The notes: generated by a model not told the origin, from the sequence alone. Shown: positions 10,761 to 20,514, counted from the first letter of the whole stretch. The stretch is 63,089 nucleotides of DNA, filler included, from Actinomycetales bacterium (GCA_045807245.1; 5 parts of 5 records of this genome joined end to end with filler, not necessarily neighbours in it); one strand, 5' to 3'. Made by a program: numbers and translations.

Positions 10761-12452
10761 TCAACGGGTGGCGCCGTCGGCGCTGTCGTTGGTGCCGTTG
10801 CGCAGCTCGTCGGCGTCGATGATCCGGTACGCGTAGCCCTGCTCGGCCAGGAACCGCTGGCGATGGGCGGCGAAGTCCGCGTCGACGGTGTCCCGCGCCA
10901 CGACGGTGTAGAACCGCGCGGTCCGGCCGTCCCCCTTGGGCCGCAGCACGCGACCCAGCCGCTGGGCCTCCTCCTGGCGCGACCCGAACGTCCCCGACAC
11001 CTGGATCGCGACGGTCGCCTCGGGCAGGTCGATCGAGAAGTTCGCCACTTTGCTGACAACGAGGAGCGGAATCTCGCCCTGCCGGAAGGCCTCGAACGAC
11101 CGTTGCCTGGCGGCAACTGTCGTGTCCCCCTTGATGACCGGGGCATCAAGGCGCTCGCCCAAGTCGTCGAGCTGGTCGAGATACTGTCCGATGACGAGCG
11201 TCGGCTCGTCCCGGTGCCGAGCCACGATCGCTTGCACCACAGTCGTTTTCACGTCACTCGTCGACGCGAGACGGTACCGCTCGTCCGGCTCGGCCGTCGC
11301 ATACAGCAGGCGCTCGCGCTCGGGCAACGTGACCCGCACCTCGATGCAGTCAGCCGGCGCGATGTAGCCCTGCGCCTCGATGTCCTTCCACGGCGCGTCG
11401 TACCGCTTCGGGCCGATGAGGGAGAAGACATCGCCCTCCCGACCGTCCTCGCGGACCAGCGTGGCGGTGAGGCCCAGCCGGCGCCGGGCCTGCAGGTCGG
11501 CCGTCATCCGGAAGATTGGGGCGGGGAGCAGGTGCACCTCGTCGTACACGATCAGCCCCCAGTCACGGGCGTCGAGCAGCTCGAGGTGGGGGTAGACGCC
11601 TTTGCGGCGCAGGGTGAGGACCTGGTACGTCGCGATGGTGACCGGCCGGATCTCTTTGCGCTGCCCGGAGTACTCGCCGATCTCCTCCTCGGTCAACGAG
11701 GTACGCCGCAGAAGCTCGTCCTTCCATTGCCGTGCGGCAACTGTGTTTGTGACCAGGATGAGGGTCGTGGCCTGGGCCCTCGCCATGGCGCCGGCGCCGA
11801 CGAGCGTCTTGCCGGCTCCGCAGGGGAGGACGACGACACCGGACCCACCGTGCCAGAACCCGTCGACGGCCTCTTGTTGGTACGGCCGCATGGTCCAGGC
11901 GGCCGGCCCCTCGCCGGCATGGCCGGCCAGCTCGATCGGGTGGGCTTCACCGTCGACGTACCCCGCCAGGTCCTCGGCCGGCCAGCCCAGCCGTAGCAGC
12001 ACTTGCTTGAGGTGCCCGCGCTCGCTCGGATGGACGGCGACCGTCTCGCGGTCCAGGCGGCGGCCGACCAGCGGGCGCACCTTCTTTGACCGCAGCACCT
12101 CTTCGAGGACGGGGATGTCCAGCGCGCGCAGGACGAGCTCGCCGTCCGGGTCCTTCTCCAGGCGGAGCCGGCCGAAGCGGTCCATCGTCTCGGCCACGTC
12201 GACCAGCAGCGCGTGCGGTACGGGATAGCGGCTCCAGCGGAGCAGGACGTCGACCACCTGCTCGGCGTCGTGGCCGGCAGCGCGGGCGTTCCACAGACCG
12301 AGCGGGGTGAGCCGGTAGGTGTGCACGTGCTCGGGTGCCCGTTCCAGCTCGGCGAAGGGCGCGATGCCTCGGCGGCACTCCTCCGCGTCGGGGTGGTCGA
12401 CCTCGAGCAGCAGCGTCTTGTCGCTCTGGACGATCAGGGGTCCGTCAGTCAC
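10761..12452 (-). CDS. XPB/ERCC3-type DNA repair helicase
   Basis: GPLIVQSDKTLLLEV, LPCGAGKT Walker A, DEVH, QRLGRVLRPK. Confidence 0.96.
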   Translation of the reverse strand: MTDGPLIVQSDKTLLLEVDHPDAEECRRGIAPFAELERAPEHVHTYRLTPLGLWNARAAGHDAEQVVDVLLRWSRYPVPHALLVDVAETMDRFGRLRLEKDPDGELVLRALDIPVLEEVLRSKKVRPLVGRRLDRETVAVHPSERGHLKQVLLRLGWPAEDLAGYVDGEAHPIELAGHAGEGPAAWTMRPYQQEAVDGFWHGGSGVVVLPCGAGKTLVGAGAMARAQATTLILVTNTVAARQWKDELLRRTSLTEEEIGEYSGQRKEIRPVTIATYQVLTLRRKGVYPHLELLDARDWGLIVYDEVHLLPAPIFRMTADLQARRRLGLTATLVREDGREGDVFSLIGPKRYDAPWKDIEAQGYIAPADCIEVRVTLPERERLLYATAEPDERYRLASTSDVKTTVVQAIVARHRDEPTLVIGQYLDQLDDLGERLDAPVIKGDTTVAARQRSFEAFRQGEIPLLVVSKVANFSIDLPEATVAIQVSGTFGSRQEEAQRLGRVLRPKGDGRTARFYTVVARDTVDADFAAHRQRFLAEQGYAYRIIDADELRNGTNDSADGATR

Positions 12453-13051
12453 GTGCTCCTCAGCACCATCGAACCTGCGGTTGTTCCGGCCGCGCGCAAG
12501 GTGTCGAACGTGTAGTCCGGCGACGTGTCGGCCGTCGAGACCAGGACGATGATGATGACGATGATCGCGATGATCGCGAGGGCGCCCAGGATGGCCAGGA
12601 CGACCCAGCCGATCTTGGTCAGCCGCCGGGACTCCTGGATGTCCGTGTTGACCTTGGTCAGCGCGATGATTCCGAGCACCAGGGACGGGACACCGAACAG
12701 GCAGCCCAGGGTGCAGATGCCCGAGACGACCACCAGCGCGATGGTCGAGCCCGGTGTCGGTGTCGGCTGGGGATAACCGCCGTACGGCGGGGTCGCGTAC
12801 CCGGGCGGCTGGCCGTAGCGGTGGCCGTAGCCGGGCTGGCCGGGCGGTTGCTGGTGGTACGGCGGCTGCGGGCCGTAGGGCGGGTGGGCGCCGTACGGCG
12901 GCTGCGCGGCATAGGGCGGCTGCGCGGCGTAGGGCGGCTGCGCGCCGTACGGCGGGGGCTGGGGTGCGCTGGGTGGTGAGGGGTTGCCGGGCCGCGGAAC
13001 CGGCTGCGTCGGTTCCTCACCTGCGGGCGGCCCCGGCGTCTGCTCGCTCAT
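12449..13051 (-). CDS. Pro/Tyr-rich membrane protein (DUF4190-like)
   Basis: QPPY repeats followed by two TM helices (LVLGIIAL..IGWVVLAIL). Confidence 0.75.
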   Translation of the reverse strand: MSEQTPGPPAGEEPTQPVPRPGNPSPPSAPQPPPYGAQPPYAAQPPYAAQPPYGAHPPYGPQPPYHQQPPGQPGYGHRYGQPPGYATPPYGGYPQPTPTPGSTIALVVVSGICTLGCLFGVPSLVLGIIALTKVNTDIQESRRLTKIGWVVLAILGALAIIAIIVIIIVLVSTADTSPDYTFDTLRAAGTTAGSMVLRST

Positions 13052-13071
13052 GGAACAGCGATGATAGTTGG

Positions 13072-14022
13072 ATGCGCCTGCCTCAGCTGGAGCCTTTGCC
13101 CGGTCTGCCGCAGGCGGTCACGATCTATGAGGTTGGCCCGCGCGATGGGCTGCAGAACGAGAACGCCGTCGTTCCGGCGCCCGTCAAGACCGAGCTGATC
13201 AGCCGGCTGGTCGCCGCGGGGCTCACGACGGTGGAGACGACCAGCTTCGTCCGCCCGGACCGGGTGCCGCAGCTGGCGGACGCCGAGGAGCTCCTCGACC
13301 TGCTCGGGCCGGTGCCGCCCGGCGTACGGATGCCGGTCCTGGTGCCCAACGCGCGCGGGCTCGACCGGGCGCTGGAGCGCGGTGTCACATCCATCGCAGT
13401 CTTCGCCAGCGCCACGGAGAGCTTCGCGCAGGCCAACCTGGGCCGGTCCGTGGCCGAGTCGATGGACATGTTCGCGCCCGTCGTCGCGCGGGCCCGCGAG
13501 GCCGAGGTGTGGGTCCGGGCCTACGTGTCGATGTGCTTCGGCGACCCGTGGGAGGGTGACGTCCCGGTCAGCCAAGTGGTCGACGTGGCACACCGGCTGG
13601 TCGACTTCGGCGCCGACGAGCTGAGCCTCGGGGACACGATCGGCGTCGGCACATCCGGTCAGGTCGTGGCGCTGCTGGATGCCTTGCAGGACAAGGGAGT
13701 CGGTGTCGAACAGATCGCCGTGCATTTTCACGACACCTATGGTCAGGCGCTCGCGAACACCCTGGCCGCGATGTTGCACGGTGTCCGGACGGTCGACGCC
13801 GCTGCCGGGGGTCTTGGCGGGTGCCCGTTCGCGAGGAGCGCGACCGGCAACCTGGCGACGGAGGACCTGGTCTGGGCGCTCGAAGGCATGGGGGTGCACA
13901 CGGGAGTCGACCTGCGCGCGCTGGTCGAGACGAGCCTCTGGCTGGCCGAGCAGCTGGGGCGGCCCAGCCCGTCCCGGGTGGTACGCGCTCTCGCCGGCGA
14001 CCTGTCCGCACCGGATGCGTGA
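13072..14022 (+). CDS. Hydroxymethylglutaryl-CoA lyase
   Basis: EVGPRDGLQNE, SLGDTIG, HFHDTYG, GLGGCPFA..GNLATEDL. Confidence 0.95.
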   Translation: MRLPQLEPLPGLPQAVTIYEVGPRDGLQNENAVVPAPVKTELISRLVAAGLTTVETTSFVRPDRVPQLADAEELLDLLGPVPPGVRMPVLVPNARGLDRALERGVTSIAVFASATESFAQANLGRSVAESMDMFAPVVARAREAEVWVRAYVSMCFGDPWEGDVPVSQVVDVAHRLVDFGADELSLGDTIGVGTSGQVVALLDALQDKGVGVEQIAVHFHDTYGQALANTLAAMLHGVRTVDAAAGGLGGCPFARSATGNLATEDLVWALEGMGVHTGVDLRALVETSLWLAEQLGRPSPSRVVRALAGDLSAPDA

Positions 14023-14054
14023 AGACCCGTACGAGGACCTGACCCGTCATGCGG

Positions 14055-16487
14055 TCAGCGGCTGTCGGCCACGTCGACCGGCGCGACGCCCGTGATCCGG
14101 TGGACCGAGAAGGTCCGGACCTCGCTCGAGCCGATGTCGTACGCCTTCACCCGGCCGCCCTCGATCGCGAGCGGCTCCACGACGCGGCGTACCGGCCGGC
14201 CCTCGGCATCCACGTAACCGATCCAGACCCGGGCCCGCTCGGCCGTTGCATCGCGCAACGCCGCCAACGTGATGGTGGGGTCGGTCGGCCCCAGCCGCGG
14301 CCCGGGCTGCGCGGCGGCGTGCTCCCGGTCGGCTGCGGTGGCCCGGTCGCCCTCGCGCAGCGAGCGGACGACCGCCTCCAGCAGCGCCGGGGTGGCCGCA
14401 GGCGGATCGGTGACGGTGGGGCGGGGTGGCTGGCGGGGAGGGGTACGCCGGCTGGTCGCCCGGGCCAGCAGCAGCTGTCCTTCGGGTGACTCCAGGACGG
14501 GCGCGAGCCCGTGCTCGCGCAGCTCGGCCAGGATGCTCGCCGGGTCGCTCGGCGAGGCGATGACGGTCGGGGCCAGGCGTCTCAGGCGCAAGGACGCGTT
14601 CCGCCGGTCCGCCATCACCTCGTCCAGAACGCTGGGGTCCTCACTGCGCAGGTACGCCGACGCCGTTCCGACCCGGATGGTCCCGTGCCGCCGGGCAACG
14701 TCCTCGATGAGGTACGTCAGCGGCTGAGGCACAGGGGTCCGGCTGGCAGCGGTGAGCTCGCGCAGCAGGTCGCTCGAGGACCAGCCGAGATCCAGGGCTC
14801 GGCGCACGCTGTCGGCCGAGAAGCGGAAGACCGTTGCCCCGCCTCGGGATTCGACGTCGGCTGAGACGGCCATGAGCCGGGCCAGCTCGGGCACGAGTGG
14901 TCCGGGTGCGACAGCGGTGAGGTCGGCTTGGAGCAGGATGTGGTCGACCGGCGTCGGCAGGAGCGGCTCGACGGCGGCAGCCAGCGCCTCCGTGTCGGCC
15001 GGCCCCAGGGCTCGACCCTCGGCGGCCAGGGCGACGAGCACGGCACCGGGGCCGCTGAGTGCGCCCAGCCCGGTCACCCCGAGGAGCTCGGCCTCGCGAC
15101 GGGCCGCGTCGACGAGGTCCTCGAGCAGGACGGACCGTCGTCGCGGCCGCTGCCATCGCAGCCGGGCCAGCAGCGTGTCGCGATCAGGTGCCGTCCCGGG
15201 GGCCGCCGCGCGCGCTTCGGCCAGCCCGGCCAGGACGGCGTGCCGCAGCTCCCGGCCGATGGACCGGTCGAGGTCCGCCGCCAGCGCGTTTCGCGTCACG
15301 CCGCGGTCGTCCCGCGACCCCACCAAGGCGGGCGTGCGCGTCGTACCCAGCCAGGCCTGGGCGAGCACCGCCCACCGCCAGGCGGGATCGTCGGCCCGCC
15401 AGATGTCGTACGCCGGGGTCGGTGCGAACGCGGGCGCGACCTCGCCGTCGGAGGCGAGAAGTCCTGCGGCATAGGCGATCTCGATGATGATGGCCGTCGT
15501 CGGCTCATCCAGGTCGAGGCCGGTCGCGGTCCGCTTGAGGTCGCGGACCGACAACCCACCAGCGCGGAGCAGGAACGGCGGGTCCTGCCCCCAGGCCTCG
15601 AGCAGCTCCCCGGTCAGGCGGACCGCATCGACAGCCGAGCTGCCCGCCGTACGGTCCACGAGGTTCGGATCGCGGACCCGGCCGTCCAGAGTGGGCGATT
15701 GGCGCGTGGCCGGGTCGTGGACCAGACCGCCTCGCAGCTGGATCCCGATCTCGCGCGGCAGGACGACGTGTCCCGGGTCGACGACGGCGAGCAGGCCGTG
15801 GGCGAGCAGCCAGTCCAGAGGGCGAGTGGCGCGCCGGTCCACGTCACGGTCCGCGGCGCTCACCTCGCCGACGGGTGGTCCCCAGGTCAGGCGGGCCAAC
15901 AGCTCCCGGGCGCCGGCCGGCGCTTGAGCGAGCAGCGCGTCCACCGTCGACGCCTGGCTGAGGTGCGCGGCAATCGCGGCGACCGTCTGCTCGGGGTCGC
16001 CCGTGGGCGGCAGGCCCAGGTCCGCGGCCAGACCTTCGAGCCGGGCCGGGGAGCGGCGGTCGAGGGGCTCGCGCAGCGGTGGTCCGAGACCCGCGGGGTA
16101 CGCGCCGAGGACGTCCTTGGCCGAACGCACCAGGCGCCACGCGCCGGGCCCGCCCCACAGCAGGGCCTGACGGTGCAGCGCGGCCAGGTCATCGGCCGCG
16201 TCGGTGGGCTCGCGGCCGAGCAGGCGCGCGGTGTCTGCCTCGTCGAACGGCTCCGGCAGCACTGCCGCCACCTCGACGACGCGCAGCTGGCGGACGGCCA
16301 ACCGGTCCAAGGCGCGCTGCACGCTGGCGCGCGTCGCAGCCCGGACGGCCAGGGTCGTCGTGTCCGCCGGTGTGGGCGTCGCCAGGTCCGGGCGGAGCCG
16401 CAGCAGCTCGACGAGTGCGGCGTCCGGCCGAGACCTCAGGTCGTCGGCCAGGCTTCGCGGCTCGGACGGCCGGGCGCTTTCTGGCAT
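14055..16487 (-). CDS. Helicase-associated (Rv0862c-like) protein with C-terminal WYL-like domain
   Basis: SLADDLRSR..RPDLATP, QADLTAVAPGPL, VPQPLTYLIEDVARRHG, RTFSVHRITGV; ATG 16487. Confidence 0.9.
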   Translation of the reverse strand: MPESARPSEPRSLADDLRSRPDAALVELLRLRPDLATPTPADTTTLAVRAATRASVQRALDRLAVRQLRVVEVAAVLPEPFDEADTARLLGREPTDAADDLAALHRQALLWGGPGAWRLVRSAKDVLGAYPAGLGPPLREPLDRRSPARLEGLAADLGLPPTGDPEQTVAAIAAHLSQASTVDALLAQAPAGARELLARLTWGPPVGEVSAADRDVDRRATRPLDWLLAHGLLAVVDPGHVVLPREIGIQLRGGLVHDPATRQSPTLDGRVRDPNLVDRTAGSSAVDAVRLTGELLEAWGQDPPFLLRAGGLSVRDLKRTATGLDLDEPTTAIIIEIAYAAGLLASDGEVAPAFAPTPAYDIWRADDPAWRWAVLAQAWLGTTRTPALVGSRDDRGVTRNALAADLDRSIGRELRHAVLAGLAEARAAAPGTAPDRDTLLARLRWQRPRRRSVLLEDLVDAARREAELLGVTGLGALSGPGAVLVALAAEGRALGPADTEALAAAVEPLLPTPVDHILLQADLTAVAPGPLVPELARLMAVSADVESRGGATVFRFSADSVRRALDLGWSSSDLLRELTAASRTPVPQPLTYLIEDVARRHGTIRVGTASAYLRSEDPSVLDEVMADRRNASLRLRRLAPTVIASPSDPASILAELREHGLAPVLESPEGQLLLARATSRRTPPRQPPRPTVTDPPAATPALLEAVVRSLREGDRATAADREHAAAQPGPRLGPTDPTITLAALRDATAERARVWIGYVDAEGRPVRRVVEPLAIEGGRVKAYDIGSSEVRTFSVHRITGVAPVDVADSR

Positions 16488-16529
16488 CCGACCAACGGTA
16501 GTCACCGCTCGCTCGCGTAGCGTTCGGAC

Positions 16530-17636
16530 ATGGCCAGTCCGGCAGCGGTCGTCGTTGTGGGGGAGCGGGAGGTCCGGGTCTCCAGCCCCGATCGGGTCGT
16601 GTTCGAGGCGACCGACCGAACACCCCCCATCTCCAAGCTCGAGGTCTGCCAGTACTTCGCAACGGTCGGCGAGCCCCTGATGCGGGCGATCGGCGAACGG
16701 CCCACAGCGATGGAGCGCTGGCCGGACGGCTACCGAGACGGCATGAGGCTCGCGGTCGGCCCTCAGGATCGGGAGGCCGATGGCTTCTATCAGAAGCGGT
16801 TGCCCAGGGGGGCGCCCGACTACATCGAGACGGCCACCATCACCTTTCCCAGCGGACGCACGGCCGACGAGCTCTGCCCGACCGAACCAGCGGCCCTCGT
16901 GTGGGCCGCTCATATGGGGACGCTCACCTTCCACCCGTGGCCGGTGCGGCGACCCGATGTCGACCACCCGGACGAGCTGAGGATCGACCTCGATCCGCAG
17001 GAGGGTGCGACTTTCGCTGATGCCCAGCGCGTGGCCGAGGTCACCAAAGAGCTGTTGGCCGAGCTCGGCCTTGGTGGCTACGCGAAGACCAGCGGCAGTC
17101 GGGGTATCCACATCTACGTTCGCATCGAGCCCCGCTACACCTTCGACGACGTGCGGCATGCTGCCATCGGACTGGGGCGAGAGCTCGAACGGCGTGACAC
17201 AGGGGTCACCACCAGCTGGTGGAAGGAAGAGCGGCCACCGCGGTCGATCTTCATCGACTACAACCAGAACCTGCGCGACCGGACCGTCGCGAGCGCGTTG
17301 AGCATTCGGGCCCGGACGGGGGCGCCGGTCAGCACGCCGATGACGTGGCAGCAGCTGGCGGAGGTCAAGGACCCGCGCGACTTCAACCTGAAGACCGTCC
17401 CCGACTTCCTGGCCGACGGCTATGCCTGGTCCGACATGGATGACGTCTCCTACTCGCTGGATCCGCTGCTGGGCCTCTGGCAGACCTTGGCGGGTGGCGA
17501 GCTCAACTTCCCGCCCGACTACCCGAAGCAGCCGGACGAGCCGCCTCGTGTCCAACCGAGCAAGAAGGTCGCCGAGCACTGGGACGCGGACGGCAAGTGG
17601 GTCGAACCGACGACGAGAAGGCGCGAACCCACCTGA
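16530..17636 (+). CDS. Stand-alone LigD-type primase-polymerase (Prim-PolC/Rv3730c-like)
   Basis: FYQKR, TFPSGRTADE, ELRIDLDP, KTSGSRGIH, IDYNQN, PPDYPK..PPRVQPSK. Confidence 0.92.
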   Translation: MASPAAVVVVGEREVRVSSPDRVVFEATDRTPPISKLEVCQYFATVGEPLMRAIGERPTAMERWPDGYRDGMRLAVGPQDREADGFYQKRLPRGAPDYIETATITFPSGRTADELCPTEPAALVWAAHMGTLTFHPWPVRRPDVDHPDELRIDLDPQEGATFADAQRVAEVTKELLAELGLGGYAKTSGSRGIHIYVRIEPRYTFDDVRHAAIGLGRELERRDTGVTTSWWKEERPPRSIFIDYNQNLRDRTVASALSIRARTGAPVSTPMTWQQLAEVKDPRDFNLKTVPDFLADGYAWSDMDDVSYSLDPLLGLWQTLAGGELNFPPDYPKQPDEPPRVQPSKKVAEHWDADGKWVEPTTRRREPT

Positions 17637-17751
17637 CCGGCCGGTGCCGAGTCCAGGCGTCGCCGGGGCCCCACAGGTGTGGCGGCTCGCCGGGCCAGGG
17701 ATGACCGGGGCGAGCCGCCACGTCCGGTTCAACGACCCGGGGTGTGCTCGG

Positions 17752-18033
17752 TTACGGCTGGCTAGCGTTGACCTGGGTCGCGATGAACGCGCGGGTCGTC
17801 GGCGAGAAGGTCCAGCGCATGGTCGGCCCGCCGGTCTGCTCACCGATGATCCGCACGCCGCCGGCCATCACCTGGTCCAGATGCTCGTCCGGGATCGGAC
17901 CGTCGGGATCGGCCAGGAAGGCTGCGCGGGCGCGCGCGTCCAGACCTCGCCACCACTGGGCCAGACGCTCGTGGTCCTCCGCGGCAGGGTTACGCACCGC
18001 GGCGAAGGCTCGCAGCTCCGGCGTCACCGTCAC
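17752..18033 (-). CDS. Small hypothetical protein
   Basis: Natural-looking C-terminal ~93 aa (LAQWWRGLD..FLADPDGPIP); start uncertain. Confidence 0.45.
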   Translation of the reverse strand: MTVTPELRAFAAVRNPAAEDHERLAQWWRGLDARARAAFLADPDGPIPDEHLDQVMAGGVRIIGEQTGGPTMRWTFSPTTRAFIATQVNASQP

Positions 18034-18368
18034 GCTCCAGGGACCGAGCTCCGGTCGAGGGCCGACCGGGGCGACTGCCCGGGAAACGTCGCAGGCTCCC
18101 GTGCCGTTACACGGCGGTTGGGCCGATCGGGTGACCGGAGCCGGGGAGGCGACGCCGTACCGTGTGCCCGCGACGCCAGGAGAACGACCGAACGCGCCCG
18201 ACCTGGTCCTCGGGCAGATTGCAACCCCGGCGCGGGAATGTCCCCTGTACGGCCCAGACCTAGGTCCCCTAGAAGGCGGACTCAGGTCACCTAGACGGCT
18301 CAACTCCCGGCCGGACCGGCCGATGGATGTGTATACGAACGTCAGCCCTTAAAGAAAGGTGGTGTCCC

Positions 18369-18581
18369 ATGCCCGAGTTCGCCAGCGCACTCGCCGAGCT
18401 CCCCCGGTTCCCGACCGCGCCCTCCGACGTGATCATGCGCATCGAGGCCGCAGTTCAGGCCACGGCCGCCGCCGAAGCGGCTGCTGTCGTGACGTCCTCC
18501 GTGCTCGCCGAGCGTCTCGAAGAGACCCGGCGCGAGGTGCGCAGCGTGGTCGCGCGTCTCGCCGGCCGCCAGGTCGCCTAG
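18369..18581 (+). CDS. Small Ala-rich helical hypothetical protein, 70 aa
   Basis: Strong RBS aaaggtggt before ATG 18369. Confidence 0.6.
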   Translation: MPEFASALAELPRFPTAPSDVIMRIEAAVQATAAAEAAAVVTSSVLAERLEETRREVRSVVARLAGRQVA

Positions 18582-18785
18582 CTCCTCACGTCGGCCTACT
18601 CTGGCTGCGGGCCTTGTCGAGCGCCTCAGCCAGGGGAGCCGTGGCCGACATGGACGGCGGCCCAGGACCTTCACCGGTCCGGGGCCGCCGTTTCAGGCTT
18701 CCGGGTCCTTCGGCCCCACTGTCGCGACCGCGCGATGTGATGACTCGGTCTTCACGCTGGGTTGGATCGTCATCCGGGCATTAAG

Positions 18786-18855
18786 GTGCCCGGCTGGGGT
18801 CCGGGGAGCGCACACTTCAGGGGAGAGTATGCGCGCCACCCAGCCGGGCACTGGG
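18786..18855 (-). ncRNA. Candidate small RNA with nested hairpin and C-rich loops
   Basis: 13-bp outer stem, 9-bp inner stem perfect only on minus strand (one G-U), extended -10-like TGTCACACT just upstream. Confidence 0.4.
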
Positions 18856-19188
18856 TCAAGAGTGTGACAGCCCCTTCAAAGCGGCAACACGGCCCCCCAC
18901 GTCGCCGACTCGATCGCTCGTGGAGTCGCTCGATCATCCTGCGAAGCAACACTTTGGAGTTGCTGGCGGGATGTCGGCGATGCGATGAATGTCGCCGCTC
19001 AGCCTGACGCGGCGATGGCGGCCGACGTACGACGCGGTGCGAGTCAGAAGACCATTGGATACATCCCTACGCGACCACTGAGCCAGAGGGTGTCGTTGGT
19101 CGCGCACGAATTGTGTTGCGACGCAGGCGTTTCCACACCGTGACCGTTATGTGCTTGTGACGTTTGACCCTGTGGACAGGTGTCTGAA

Positions 19189-19211
19189 TTGTCGGTGGTG
19201 CCGGTTAGGTT
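19189..19211 (+). promoter_or_regulatory. RecA-NDp/PafBC-type DNA-damage promoter of DUF222 copy 1
   Basis: TTGTCGGTG-N8-TAGGTT matches tTGTCRgtg-N8-TAnnnT; ATG 6 nt after the -10. Confidence 0.8.
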
Positions 19212-19217
19212 CGGTTC

Positions 19218-19970
19218 ATGGATCGCAGGGGTGCGTCGTTCTTCCGTGACGGTGGTGGCGAGGGCCACCCGGAGGGGTTGCCGGAGTCGCCGGTGGCGGT
19301 GGGTGACTGGACGCCGGAGCAGGCGCTGGCCGCGTTGCCGGTGGTGATGAAGATGGTGTCCGCCCTGCCGTGGTGGCAGTACGCCGAGCCGGACCTGACC
19401 CAGCGGGTCCAGCTGCTGGGCCGGGTGGAGAACCAGGTGGTCGCCGCCCAGGTGGCAGCGGTGGGCGAGGCGGTCACCCGGGGGGTGCTGGTCGGCTCGG
19501 GCTTCCGGTCTGGTGGGGCCTGGCTGCGCGCTCAGGTGCCGTTGACCGTGCAGGCCGCGGCCCAACGGGCCCAGCTGGCCGAGCAGCTGGCCCGCCCGGA
19601 CCTGGCCCCCACCCGGGAGGCGTTCACCGCCGGGGACATCGGCGTCGGCCAGACGGCAGCGGTCACCCGGACCATGTGCGCCCTGGACCAGATCCCCGAT
19701 GTGGACACCACCACCTGGGATGAGGCCCAGCACCTGATGCTGGCCGAGGCGGCCCGCCTGGATGCCGGGCAGCTGGCCAAGGTCGGGGTGGCGTTGCGGC
19801 ACCGGCTCGACCCCGACGCGGCCGACCGGCTGGCGAGGGATGAGGACGCCCAACAGCACCTACGCCAAGCCACCCTTTCCCAGGAGTCCAGTGGGATGTG
19901 GTGGCTGACCGCCACGCTGCCGGCCAAGGACGGCGCCGTCCTTGCGACCGCGCTGGACGGCCTGGCCCAG
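19218..19970 (+). mobile_element. DUF222 (REP13E12-like) repeat-element ORF, copy 1, truncated at contig end
   Basis: GFRSGGAWLR, TREAFTAGDIG, RHRLDPD pattern; close paralog at 20071-20485. Confidence 0.8.
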
Positions 19971-20070
19971 NNNNNNNNNNNNNNNNNNNNNNNNNNNNNN
20001 NNNNNNNNNNNNNNTTAATTAATTAANNNNNNNNNNNNNNNNNNNNNNNNNNNNNNNNNNNNNNNNNNNN
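19971..20070. other. Artificial contig spacer
   Basis: N44-TTAATTAATTAA-N44. Confidence 0.99.
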
Positions 20071-20485
20071 CGGCCGTGAACGCGTCCTTCGTCGGGGCCA
20101 GGTCCGGGCGGGCCAGCTCCTCGGCCAGCTGGGCCCGCTGGGCCGCCGCCTGGGGTGTCAACGGCACCAACCCGCGCAGCCACGCCCCACCCGACCGAAA
20201 GCCCGAGCCGACCAGCACCCCCCGCTTGACGGCCTCGCCCACGGCCGCGACCTGGGCGGCGACCACCTGGTTCTCCACCCGGCCCAACAGCTGGATCCGC
20301 TCGATCAGGTCCGGCTCGGCGTACTGCCACCACGGCGCATCCCCGAGCGCTTCCAAGACCACCGGCAACGCCGCCATCGCCTGCTCCGGGCTCAACGAAC
20401 CCCGCGCGATAGGCGACTCCGGCAAACCCACCGGCTCACCCTCGCCACCACCGTCACGGAGGAACGACGCACCCCTGCGATCCAT
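20071..20485 (-). mobile_element. DUF222 repeat-element ORF, copy 2, truncated at contig end
   Basis: Same N-terminus MDRRGASF.RDGGGEG as copy 1, with many substitutions. Confidence 0.8.
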
Positions 20486-20491
20486 GAACCG

Positions 20492-20514
20492 AACCTAACC
20501 GGCACCACCGACAA
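20492..20514 (-). promoter_or_regulatory. RecA-NDp/PafBC-type promoter of DUF222 copy 2
   Basis: Identical TTGTCGGTG-GTGCCGGT-TAGGTT on minus strand. Confidence 0.8.

Noticed and set aside
12780..12960. 18-bp-period repeats that could resemble an array
   Set aside because: They encode QPPY low-complexity repeats in a membrane protein; no spacers.
14055..17843. Very long ORFs in the track (1262 aa here; also 46521-49838, 29830-32118, 33391-35523)
   Set aside because: Extensions and shadow frames over real genes, typical of high-GC DNA; true starts reassigned.
19971..20070. TTAATTAATTAA palindrome in N-runs (also at 45378, 59647, 61408)
   Set aside because: Identical all-frame stop spacer used to concatenate contigs; not biological.
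19218..20485. Two DUF222 ORFs facing each other as terminal inverted repeats of one element
   Set aside because: They are on different contigs and differ at many positions; orientation across the spacer is uninformative.
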